64,000 nucleotides of DNA from Bacteroidota bacterium (GTDB lineage: Bacteria > Bacteroidota > Bacteroidia > UKL13-3): assembly GCA_947477885.1 (NCBI GenBank), contig CANJUD010000004.1, positions 164,997 to 228,996 of the forward strand, written 5' to 3'. Below are positions 43,034 to 52,216 of the stretch, piece after piece. The notes beneath the pieces are model-generated. The model saw only the letters and a program-made list of their open reading frames with translations. It was not told the DNA's origin and made no database searches. The translations under genes and the position numbers were made by a program. Within the stretch, counting starts at the first letter, position 1. Every line of letters starts with the position of its first letter.

Positions 43034-43383
43034 ATGGAACAGGTAAGACAAATCATTTATTATAAAGGATATTTTTAGACTTTTTTGATTTACAAACTGA
43101 AAAAGTAAAAGAAAAAATAGATTATATATTATTTGCAATAACTGTAGCTGACAGAATTCCACAGAAATTTTTCAAACATATGGAGGTTACTGATGGCTTA
43201 TATGAAATACGAATAGAATATCAAGGAAATATTTTCAGGATTTTTAGTTGTTTTGATGAAGGGAAATTAGTAGTCTTATTTAATGGTTTTCAAAAGAAAA
43301 GTCAAAAAACTCCACAAGGAGAAATAGAAAAGGCGATAAAAATTAAAACTGAATATTTTGCAGAAAAATTAAAACACAAATAA
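43034..43383 (+). pseudogene. RelE/HigB (Gp49-like) toxin, frameshifted
   Basis: ATG 43034 gives MEQVRQIIYYKGYF*; adding one T in the run at 43072-43076 restores ...YFLDFFDLQTEKVKEKID...GLYEIRIE...FNGFQKKSQKTP; TAACTTTG promoter at 43014. Confidence 0.8.
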
Positions 43384-43392
43384 AACAATATT

Positions 43393-43707
43393 ATGAGTAA
43401 AACATATAAAACAAAAAAGAAAAGTGTAACTACTTTTGATGAGCATCTAGACCAGCGTTATGGGAAAATCGGAGCCGTGGAAAGAACTGAATTTGAAATA
43501 AAAGCCAAGTCATTTGCTATTGGAGAAATTATTAAGGAAGAAAGAAAGCTTGCCTCTATGACTCAAGAGCAGTTGGCAGAGAAGACCGGAACGAAAAAAA
43601 GTTTTATTTCACGAATAGAAAATGGTCATAGTGATATACAACTCTCTACCTTATATAAATTGATAGAACTTGGACTTGGACGAAAAATTTCTTTTATTAT
43701 ACAATAA
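43393..43707 (+). CDS. XRE-family HTH antitoxin (HigA-like)
   Basis: MTQEQLAEKTGTKKSFISRIENG. Confidence 0.9.
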   Translation: MSKTYKTKKKSVTTFDEHLDQRYGKIGAVERTEFEIKAKSFAIGEIIKEERKLASMTQEQLAEKTGTKKSFISRIENGHSDIQLSTLYKLIELGLGRKISFIIQ

Positions 43708-43738
43708 ATATATCATTTGATATTTATCCTGATAATAA

Positions 43739-45310
43739 ATGAAAAACATATATTCTTTTCTCCTCCTATTAATTACACTTGCCACAAACGCCCAAGTCTT
43801 CAAACGTTCTGAACTACCCACAACCCTAACAACCCCATGGGAAATTACCTACGGACCCGATGGATTTCTGTGGATTTCGGAAGATGGTGGTACTGTATCA
43901 AGAGTAGATCCATCCAATGGGAACAAAACAAAAGTATATACTGCTCCTGATTATTTTGCAGGTTCCGTTTTAGAGCAATCTCCATTATGTTTTAAACCAG
44001 TAATTGGTGCAGGAACACTGGGCTTAGCTTTACATCCAGATTTTATGGACACTGCTTCATCTTATATATATTATGTATATTCCTATAATAGTGGATCCAC
44101 ACAAGCACCTGCTACCAAATTTAAACTTAAGCGGTTAAAATGGGATGCAGCTGCTAAAAGTGTAGTTGCAGACAGTGATTTAGTAACTATGATTTCCTCG
44201 GGCTACGACCATTTGGGCGGGCGACTGATGGCAATCAAACAAAATAATATATCTCATATATTTTTATCCATTGGTGACCACGGTGCATCAGAAACAAATA
44301 GTCCGGATTGTTATTCACCACAATCGGCCAACCCTAATAATTTTGCACAGGACCCAAATACACAGAACGGGAAGATACATCGATTTAATATGGATGGAAG
44401 TATTCCAAGTGATAATCCGATTTCTGGAAATTCCTTTTACACCCGTGGGCATAGGAATCCTCAAGGATTGATGTACAATCCCAATTTAGATATTATATAT
44501 GATATAGAACATGGCGACAGGACCGATGATGAAATTAATATATTACATAAAGGGATGAATTATGGCTGGAAATATGTGAGAGGTTATCATGCAGATAATA
44601 ACTATCCAGGCGAAGCAAATTATATCAAGAATTATGTTCCAGATAAAAATATAGCAAACGACTCATTGGTTGAAGCTTTTTATTCGTTCTGTGCAACCCC
44701 GCAAGATACCGCAGCAAACTACCTGGATTGGTGCACTGTGGCTCCTTCCGATGGCTTGTATTATGGAAGCGCAGGTATTCCTGCATGGACTAATAGTTTG
44801 TTATTGGTTACACTTAAAGATGGGGCAAGTACAGATATGCAAGTATATCAATTTAAGTTGCGAAGTGATGGCAAATTAGATTCATCAACAGCGAGCAATC
44901 CAAACCCGAAAAAATATTTTGCTGCCGACCAAAAACAGAACGGAAGACTAAGAGATATTGCAGTTTCGCCAGATGGAAAAAAGATATATTTAATTAATAA
45001 TTTCGGTGCAAATAAAGATAAAATTACTGTATATGCTTATGATTCTCTTGCTAGCGGACTAGCTGATATAGTAATAGCTGACGACATTAACATATATCCC
45101 AATCCCGCAAATGACGTTTTGAAGATAAATGTTTCTGACAACGATATTCGCATACAAAAAATTGTTATATATAATATGTTGGGGCAAGTTATAAATATAG
45201 AGAATAAAAATAATTTATCGATTAATATTTCTAATTTTTTTAAAGGGTTTTATACTATTGAAATAATTACGAATAATGGGAGTTGTGCGAAGAAATTTTT
45301 AAAGGAATAA
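43739..45310 (+). CDS. PQQ-dependent sugar dehydrogenase (GSDH), T9SS type A cargo
   Basis: PWEITYGPDG, HLGGRL, GHRNPQG, EHG..TDDEIN, GRLRD; CTD YPNPA. Confidence 0.9.
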   Translation: MKNIYSFLLLLITLATNAQVFKRSELPTTLTTPWEITYGPDGFLWISEDGGTVSRVDPSNGNKTKVYTAPDYFAGSVLEQSPLCFKPVIGAGTLGLALHPDFMDTASSYIYYVYSYNSGSTQAPATKFKLKRLKWDAAAKSVVADSDLVTMISSGYDHLGGRLMAIKQNNISHIFLSIGDHGASETNSPDCYSPQSANPNNFAQDPNTQNGKIHRFNMDGSIPSDNPISGNSFYTRGHRNPQGLMYNPNLDIIYDIEHGDRTDDEINILHKGMNYGWKYVRGYHADNNYPGEANYIKNYVPDKNIANDSLVEAFYSFCATPQDTAANYLDWCTVAPSDGLYYGSAGIPAWTNSLLLVTLKDGASTDMQVYQFKLRSDGKLDSSTASNPNPKKYFAADQKQNGRLRDIAVSPDGKKIYLINNFGANKDKITVYAYDSLASGLADIVIADDINIYPNPANDVLKINVSDNDIRIQKIVIYNMLGQVINIENKNNLSINISNFFKGFYTIEIITNNGSCAKKFLKE

Positions 45311-45314
45311 TATT

Positions 45315-45767
45315 ATGACTATAATAAACCTTGCCACCATTATTTATGCAAATATCGAAATCTGTTTCGATACCGCAAGAGATATTGATATACATAAACT
45401 CTCTACTAAAAAAACAAACGAAAGAGCCATTGCAGGCAGAACCAGCGGGCTTTGTGAACTGGGAGACACAATTACTTGGGAAGCGAAACATTTTGGAATT
45501 AAACAACATTTAACCGTTGAAATAACAGCTATGAATAAGCCAAATTACTTTGAAGATAAAATGCTTAAAGGAGCTTTCAAAAGTATGAAACATGAACACC
45601 GATTTGAAAGCAAAGATGGAAAAACAATTATGGTAGATAAATTCCAATATGAAGTTCCTTTTGGAATCTTTGGAAAGCTATTCGATTTTTTAATATTAAA
45701 AAGATATATGACTCGATTTCTTAAAACAAGAAATGAAGTATTGAAAGAAATTGCTGAGAGAAGATAA
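45315..45767 (+). CDS. SRPBCC-family protein
   Basis: FDTARDIDIH, TWEAKHFG, F.DKMLKGAFKSMKHEH. Confidence 0.85.
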   Translation: MTIINLATIIYANIEICFDTARDIDIHKLSTKKTNERAIAGRTSGLCELGDTITWEAKHFGIKQHLTVEITAMNKPNYFEDKMLKGAFKSMKHEHRFESKDGKTIMVDKFQYEVPFGIFGKLFDFLILKRYMTRFLKTRNEVLKEIAERR

Positions 45768-45813
45768 ATTAAATGACTGTGCTCCGAAGAGATTGACTGC
45801 GTCCAATTAAAAT

Positions 45814-45921
45814 TTGCCACGTCGCCCTTCCCACAAGGAATGCACACTGCTCCTCGCAATGACGTAGTGGAAATTATGCGTCAGCCCATTCACCATTCAT
45901 CATTTATAATTCATCATTATA
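45814..45921. repeat. Partial palindromic repeat + GCGTCAGC cap + five heptamers
   Basis: TTGCCACGTCGC...GCTCCTCGCAATGAC; cap at 45878; CATTCAC CATTCAT CATTTAT AATTCAT CATTATA up to the TBDR stop. Confidence 0.7.
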
Positions 45922-48393
45922 TTAAAACTCCATACTATTATTACCTCCCTGGGTTGGTGGTTTACGTTTAAATATTGAGGCATCCATCTTCCCAAATCTT
46001 ACCATAATACTGATCTTAATAAATCTTGTCTCACGACGGCGTGACATGGTTTGATAGCATTCTCCGGGAATATCGAGCAATGAACCGAAGCGTTTTGTAT
46101 TGAACATATCGCTTAGAGTTAGATTGATATTAATGAACTTTTTTACTTCTTTCACTAAGGATGCATCTACAAAATATACTGCATTTGCTTTTCCCTGAGG
46201 AATAGTTTTGGGCGACTCATAATTTCCCGCGACTTGCAATGATAAATCTTTGGGGAATTTATATACTAAATTGGCTTTGCCTGTCCAGTTGAAACCTTTA
46301 TTGCTCATTGGTGTGTTACCAAAATCTGCAGAAATTACGGTATAAAATAAATTTACATTGGTAGTAAATTCTAATTTCTTAAAGAACGTATATTTAAAAG
46401 TATTATCCATTCCATATACTTGTTGACTTTTACCATTGATGGTGGTGCTTACTAATTTTGTGCTGTCATCAGTGGCTCTATAGCTATATTTGGTAAGTGG
46501 TTGCTCGATTCCTTTGAAATATAATGAGCTCAATAAATTTCCCTTCTTCCATAGTTTTTGATAATTCAATTCAGCCAAATTAATAAACTCGGGAGCCAAA
46601 CGCGGATTGCCAATAGTATAGTTTTTGTTATCTGCAAACATAATAAAAGGCATCATTTGCATAAAGCCAGGGCGGTTAACTTTGCGTGAATAATTCAATT
46701 GCAATTCTTGGTCCTTGGCATATTTGCGACTAAAATATACTGCGGGAAATAGTGATTTCCATAAGTCCTTTCCTGTGCCTGGATAGTTATAAGAAAACTT
46801 AGTTAAACTATCTATATGCGGATCGCCCACAAATGATGATTGCTCAAAACGCAAACCTGTTTGATAACCTATTTTACGCCATTTGCTTTGGTAATTTAAG
46901 TAAGCAGCATTAATTATTTCAGTAAAAGAATAGTTACTGCTCATATAAGGATTGCTTTTATCTGAATTTGATGCGTAATCAAAATAAGTTGAGGTTAAAT
47001 TTGTGGAGGTATATTTATAATATGAACGCACCCCTGTTTCTATTTTGGTGTTTTCTTTTTTCAAAGGTTTTATATAATCTATTTGTGCTACAAATTGGTC
47101 AGCTTTATTTTTACCTATATTATGTTGCAGAAGTGGGTTTCCTATAGCTGTACCATTCGCTAGAAAATTATTTGTTGTAAAAGCTACGTTTGTACCTGAA
47201 CGCAACCAGTTATAACTTATATCAGCCACTAATTCCTTACCCGGTTTGGGATAAGTCCGTTTCCAAGTAATTTGTTCTGTATTATTTTGAAATTGATTAT
47301 GGGTTTCGTTGGTACGATTTCCAATACTATTTATAATATCATTTCTATCTAGATTTTTAAATTCCTGCAAATCTATTATATCAAATTTGCCTGCCACCGC
47401 TGTATGGGCCAAGGTAATCGTATTGCGATTATTTATATAATAGTCAAACCCCAAACGCCACATCTGGAAACGGTTTTCAAAAGTTGTATTGTTATCCTGT
47501 TTATAATAATCAATAATAGAATCGGCATTCATATCCTTGCGATAGGTATTCCCTTTTGCATAAAAATTTTTTGAATGATTTAAACTATAAGTAAAACCAA
47601 TATTAAACTTTTTCTCTTTTAAATTTAATGCGGTCAATACATTATAGCGATCGCCTGTTCCACCACCTACTGTCATTATTCCATTATATCCTGGCTTGGT
47701 ATTCTTTTTCATCACCAAATTTAAAATTCCTCCCGAAGTGCTTGCATCGAATTTGGCAGATGGGTTTGTGATAATTTCCACACGTTCTATTTGGTCGGCT
47801 GGTATTTGGTCGATGGTGAGGGAAGTTGGTCTACCATCGATATATATTTGTGTGGCTGCATTACGCAACTTAGCATTTCCATCGGCATCAATGGTTACGC
47901 TTGGCACGTTTTTAAGTACATCGGCAGCAGTGCCACCCTGACTGATTTGGTTTTTATCGACATTAAATATTTTACGGTCGATGCCCATTTGTATATTCGA
48001 TTTTTTGCCTTGTATAGTTACCTCTTGCATTTGGGTAATATCTGCAGCTATATAAATGTTTCCCAAGTCCTGCTCCACATTTTGCATGCTTAAGGCTACC
48101 TCCTGCTGCGATTTGGTAAATCCAATCATGGTCACCTTTAAAGTAAATTTCCCAAAGGGCAGATTGTCCAAACTATAATCGCCTTTGTTATTAGTAAGCA
48201 CTCCGGCTATAGCTGAATCTTTACCCACATAGTACAATGCTACTGAAGCAAATTCCAAAGGTTTCTTGGTTTCAGTATTGATTACTGTGCCATACAAACG
48301 TGCTATATCAGGCATCTTGAACTTGGCGTTGGGTTGCTGTGCTAGGCTGATAACAGGGAGCAGCAGTAAGGCCGCTAATAATCTCTTGGTCAT
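45922..48393 (-). CDS. TonB-dependent receptor / outer-membrane beta-barrel
   Basis: CarboxypepD-like N-domain; plug DVLKNVPSV...IERVEIITNPSAKFDA. Confidence 0.9.
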   Translation of the reverse strand: MTKRLLAALLLLPVISLAQQPNAKFKMPDIARLYGTVINTETKKPLEFASVALYYVGKDSAIAGVLTNNKGDYSLDNLPFGKFTLKVTMIGFTKSQQEVALSMQNVEQDLGNIYIAADITQMQEVTIQGKKSNIQMGIDRKIFNVDKNQISQGGTAADVLKNVPSVTIDADGNAKLRNAATQIYIDGRPTSLTIDQIPADQIERVEIITNPSAKFDASTSGGILNLVMKKNTKPGYNGIMTVGGGTGDRYNVLTALNLKEKKFNIGFTYSLNHSKNFYAKGNTYRKDMNADSIIDYYKQDNNTTFENRFQMWRLGFDYYINNRNTITLAHTAVAGKFDIIDLQEFKNLDRNDIINSIGNRTNETHNQFQNNTEQITWKRTYPKPGKELVADISYNWLRSGTNVAFTTNNFLANGTAIGNPLLQHNIGKNKADQFVAQIDYIKPLKKENTKIETGVRSYYKYTSTNLTSTYFDYASNSDKSNPYMSSNYSFTEIINAAYLNYQSKWRKIGYQTGLRFEQSSFVGDPHIDSLTKFSYNYPGTGKDLWKSLFPAVYFSRKYAKDQELQLNYSRKVNRPGFMQMMPFIMFADNKNYTIGNPRLAPEFINLAELNYQKLWKKGNLLSSLYFKGIEQPLTKYSYRATDDSTKLVSTTINGKSQQVYGMDNTFKYTFFKKLEFTTNVNLFYTVISADFGNTPMSNKGFNWTGKANLVYKFPKDLSLQVAGNYESPKTIPQGKANAVYFVDASLVKEVKKFININLTLSDMFNTKRFGSLLDIPGECYQTMSRRRETRFIKISIMVRFGKMDASIFKRKPPTQGGNNSMEF

Positions 48394-48960
48394 AGTCTCT
48401 TTAAAATTCTGTATTAGAAAAACATCACAAATTTAGAGAAGTTATAGTAAACAATTTAATAAAAAGTATATGTAACAGTAAAAGGTGTTTGCATCCGACT
48501 ACACTTTAACATATAATTACGCAAAATGCATTACACATTTTGGGTAATTATATCATGAGGGTTTATAATATGTGAATAAAAAAAACTCTTACGAATTGAT
48601 ACACCAACGAGTCTTAAAGTAAAGATAATATTCCAATAAAATTACAAGAACATAGATGCTAGTTATTTGCATCAAATTTTCAATTTATATTATTATTATT
48701 ATGAAAAATATCAAATTACTACCTGTGTTAACTCTTATCAAAATCTTAACCACGATAACTATTATTATATTTTTTGCTGCTTGACGAAAGGAAATCCTAA
48801 AAAAAAATATGATTTAACTTTACATTTTTAAAAAAAAATGATTTGAGTATGAGTCTATCGTAAAAGGCAGACTTTTTTTATGATATATATTCTTTATTTA
48901 ATAAATTAATAAATTCGGTATAAAGAACTGGTTAAATATAAGCAAGTAATTTGTAGGTAT

Positions 48961-49071
48961 ATGAACGATGATAAAATACTATTGGCAGTATCTGCCGCCA
49001 CTATGCTAATGATGATAATTGTAATATTATATAAAGTACAAAAAAGCAAAAACAAAAATAAATACCGCTAA
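48961..49071 (+). CDS. Putative small single-pass membrane protein (36 aa)
   Basis: MNDDKILLAVSAATMLMMIIVILYKVQKSKNKNKYR; ends 4 nt before the next ATG. Confidence 0.45.
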   Translation: MNDDKILLAVSAATMLMMIIVILYKVQKSKNKNKYR

Positions 49072-49075
49072 ATAT

Positions 49076-49348
49076 ATGACTACAAAAAATATATCTGCTG
49101 AAAACTTGGTAAATGAATTTCTATCAGTGCTAAAAGGTATGGAACGAATTAAAACCTTAACGCAACGTCAGTTTGCAATCTATCAAGATTTAAAAGCTAA
49201 ATATATTAATGCGAAGATTATGTTGGATGGAATGGAAACGAATTTTCTTTATAATACAATTGAAAATGCAATCTATTTTAAAATCGGTAAAGAACTTAGT
49301 ATTAAAGTGCTTGAGCATATCAATAGGATTGGCTTGAGGCTGAATTAG
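49076..49348 (+). CDS. Hypothetical protein
   Basis: 90-aa ORF in AT-rich DNA. Confidence 0.55.
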   Translation: MTTKNISAENLVNEFLSVLKGMERIKTLTQRQFAIYQDLKAKYINAKIMLDGMETNFLYNTIENAIYFKIGKELSIKVLEHINRIGLRLN

Positions 49349-49476
49349 TAGCTAGTATCAAGTATAAAGTTGTATTCTCTCGAATAAGATTCAGAAGCAA
49401 ACAAATTGGGAGCATGAATCGGCGAAAGCGGTTAGCATCCGCCGCGGCGGAATTAATACTAGCTACTTGATACCTT
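49347..49476. repeat. Inverted heptamer arms around the palindrome TCCGCCGCGGCGGA
   Basis: AGTAGCT AGTATCA AGTATAA ... ATACTAG CTACTTG ATACCTT; perfect 14-bp palindrome at 49438-49451. Confidence 0.7.
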
Positions 49477-49477
49477 T

Positions 49478-50644
49478 TTAAAACGCAAACTGAAATCCAG
49501 CCCTCAACTGGTCTTCACGAAATTTGTTATCAATCATTGTATTGTCCTTATATAAACGATACCAATATTGAATTCTGAATGCGGTGTTTTCATTATTGAA
49601 ATAATAATTATAGGCAAAAGAAATATTGGCCATGCGATAATTATTGGCACGTAAATCATTAGGCATAAATTCATCATAACGAACCAAGAAAGCTGATTTC
49701 AATTTTTTAGAATAATAACATGCTTGAGCTATTATACCACCGGCCCTAAAAAACGTGGTATTACGACCATACAACAATAGCGTATCTACCGGAGTAATAT
49801 GCATTTGGTGCATTTCAAATAAAATTGAAAAACCATTATACTGTGCTGCAACATCAAATCCATAAAGTTTTCGAGTTCCAGCTAAATTTTTCATCCCATA
49901 GTCACCACCGTCAATAATTGTTTCCGTTCTTTTAATATAGCGGCCATTGATACCTATTGCTCCCATTATTTTTTTTACATGTTTAAAATCTACTACATCT
50001 CGATAATGATATTTACCAGGGAAACTATACTCAACCCTTGCCACATATTCAGGCTTACCTCCTCTATCAGCATCGCCGCCAGTTAAAGCGGTAAGTATAT
50101 ATTCTCCTTGCCCACTGTATACACCAGCCATTATATTAATTCGGTCATTCATTATTTTCTTTTTCAAGGTGATGCCAATATCACGTCTGCTAAATAAATA
50201 ACCTCTTGCCATCTCGGGTCTTTGCCAAAAAGGAAGAGACTTGATAGGCATGAGCGAACTGCGAGAATATGGCATTTTTGTGTAACCTGCTGTAATATCA
50301 ACTGGCCATTTTTTATAGGTAAAATACGCATCCATTAAAGGTGCAGCCTCACCTGCGATATCTTGGGTTCCCAATCGACTTAAATCCATTTGCAATTTAT
50401 ATTCATAATCGCTTCCCTTTTGCCCAGCTAACGAAAAACGTGCATTGCCAAGTGCAAATTTATTTTTACTAAAATTGGTACTTGCAGGATCTAATTTCCA
50501 ACGATAATTATAGGTGGTGGAAATAAGTCCACTAATTTCAAGATTTTGGTCATCGAGTTTAATTGGTACTTGGGCATAAGAACTTTGGCAAGTTGCTATA
50601 ACTAGCAAGGCAAGTACAATTAGTTTTATTTTTTTTGTGTACAT
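49478..50644 (-). CDS. Porin (OprO/OprP-like)
   Basis: ARFSLAG, LMDAY, G..KMPYSR, SRRDIGI; terminal FQFAF. Confidence 0.75.
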   Translation of the reverse strand: MYTKKIKLIVLALLVIATCQSSYAQVPIKLDDQNLEISGLISTTYNYRWKLDPASTNFSKNKFALGNARFSLAGQKGSDYEYKLQMDLSRLGTQDIAGEAAPLMDAYFTYKKWPVDITAGYTKMPYSRSSLMPIKSLPFWQRPEMARGYLFSRRDIGITLKKKIMNDRINIMAGVYSGQGEYILTALTGGDADRGGKPEYVARVEYSFPGKYHYRDVVDFKHVKKIMGAIGINGRYIKRTETIIDGGDYGMKNLAGTRKLYGFDVAAQYNGFSILFEMHQMHITPVDTLLLYGRNTTFFRAGGIIAQACYYSKKLKSAFLVRYDEFMPNDLRANNYRMANISFAYNYYFNNENTAFRIQYWYRLYKDNTMIDNKFREDQLRAGFQFAF

Positions 50645-50646
50645 AT

Positions 50647-51366
50647 TTATGGAGTATATTGGTATTTGTATATTGTATTTATATCATCACTCACTATATA
50701 TATAATACCTTTAGCATCGCATGCAATTCCTTCTGCGTTGAGTATATTAAGTGGCAGTGTTTTTTCTAATTTATAGGTATCTTTATTCAGTATATATATA
50801 CAACTGCTTTCATCACTTAACAACCATACTTGGTTATTATAATACATCCCACTTGATATATCACCTTCCAATGGTAATTCAAAGCTATTGGTTGTGTTCA
50901 TTGCGGAATCGAGCTCACGCAAGATTGGTTTTTTCTCGGTGATACATACAAAAAATTTTTTTGTGGGATGGTAAAATAAAGCTTCCACTCCCCTATTCAA
51001 AGCGGTGTTGATAGATAGTTGGAAATGATTTTTCTCAATAAAATTGGTGTCAAACAAGTGCATTATATTTCCTCTTTCATCTACGGTGTATATCATATCA
51101 TTATGATAGGATATTGTTTCTAAATCGTAGGGAAATTTGGCTGACCTTTTTAATATATTACCCAAAGCATCAATCTTTACCATAAAGCCATCATCACTTG
51201 CCACCCATATATTTCCTTGTGGGTCGAAACTTAGGTCAGAAGGTTCACGAAATTTTAGTTTTTGTTTGCCTATATATTTAAGCCCATGAGCAGTATTATA
51301 AAACTTAAAACAAAATGAACTACTTAGTATGAATAAAAATAGAATGGGGAGTATCTTCATCTGCAA
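50647..51366 (-). CDS. SdiA-regulated / beta-propeller protein
   Basis: EPSDL, DLETI, NRGVEAL, LLSDES, AEGIA.D...IYIVSD. Confidence 0.75.
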   Translation of the reverse strand: MQMKILPILFLFILSSSFCFKFYNTAHGLKYIGKQKLKFREPSDLSFDPQGNIWVASDDGFMVKIDALGNILKRSAKFPYDLETISYHNDMIYTVDERGNIMHLFDTNFIEKNHFQLSINTALNRGVEALFYHPTKKFFVCITEKKPILRELDSAMNTTNSFELPLEGDISSGMYYNNQVWLLSDESSCIYILNKDTYKLEKTLPLNILNAEGIACDAKGIIYIVSDDINTIYKYQYTP

Positions 51367-51375
51367 AAAACTTGC

Positions 51376-51966
51376 TTAGTACTCATTAGGTTTATCAGGA
51401 GTACGCATAAGCAATTGCTTGAAACCATTGGTACCATCAGGAAAACGGCCAATCGAAATGCCTTTTACTGCTAAGCTATAGTCACTATATTTTGTGCTGT
51501 CAACAAAAAATAAATGTCCACCACTATTACGGTAGCTAAGTCCTATATCTCCACCTGCACTGCTTAAACTGAAACTTGTATGTATATGCTTATTATTGGG
51601 AATTGTATCATTGTTGTCACACCACACCACCAAAAAACCACGAGCTGGAATGATGGGTTGCTGTCCCATTAATTTTACCTGAAATTTATCAGGCCAACCT
51701 AATGAATCTGTAATAAAAAAATTGGTGTCTATAACTCTGTCCTTATCGCTCAAATTATATATTTCGAACCATTTACCCAAGTTGTTAAATTCATTGGTGT
51801 CAACTTTGCCTTTTGGTGTAAACTCATTAATAACGAGTATACCCGGTTTAATAGTGTCAGCATTTAAATGGGCTGCTTGGTCATTATATTTATAGGGTAT
51901 ATCACGGTGCTTTACGCAAGAAAATAATACAGAGAAACAAGCTATTATTACAATTATGTATTTCAT
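51376..51966 (-). CDS. Lamin-tail-domain lipoprotein
   Basis: Lipobox LFSC; LVINEF...WFEIYN...IPARGFLVVWCD...SIGRFPDG. Confidence 0.8.
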   Translation of the reverse strand: MKYIIVIIACFSVLFSCVKHRDIPYKYNDQAAHLNADTIKPGILVINEFTPKGKVDTNEFNNLGKWFEIYNLSDKDRVIDTNFFITDSLGWPDKFQVKLMGQQPIIPARGFLVVWCDNNDTIPNNKHIHTSFSLSSAGGDIGLSYRNSGGHLFFVDSTKYSDYSLAVKGISIGRFPDGTNGFKQLLMRTPDKPNEY

Positions 51967-52216
51967 CTTATATGATAGATTTTTTTATGTAACAAGATTC
52001 AATATCAAAGATTAAACAAAAGCTAATTCGATGTTAAGCTATTATAAATTTTAGATGGCCGAAATTGTTGTGATATTTTAATAAAATAGCATAAGACACA
52101 ATGCCACACAATAGAAATTATACATAATATCCATTTAGTTAAAAGGTAGCAAAACCTTAACTTAGTCTTAATAAAGTATCGGGTATTTCGTGGGCAGAAA
52201 CTAAACAAAATAAAAA

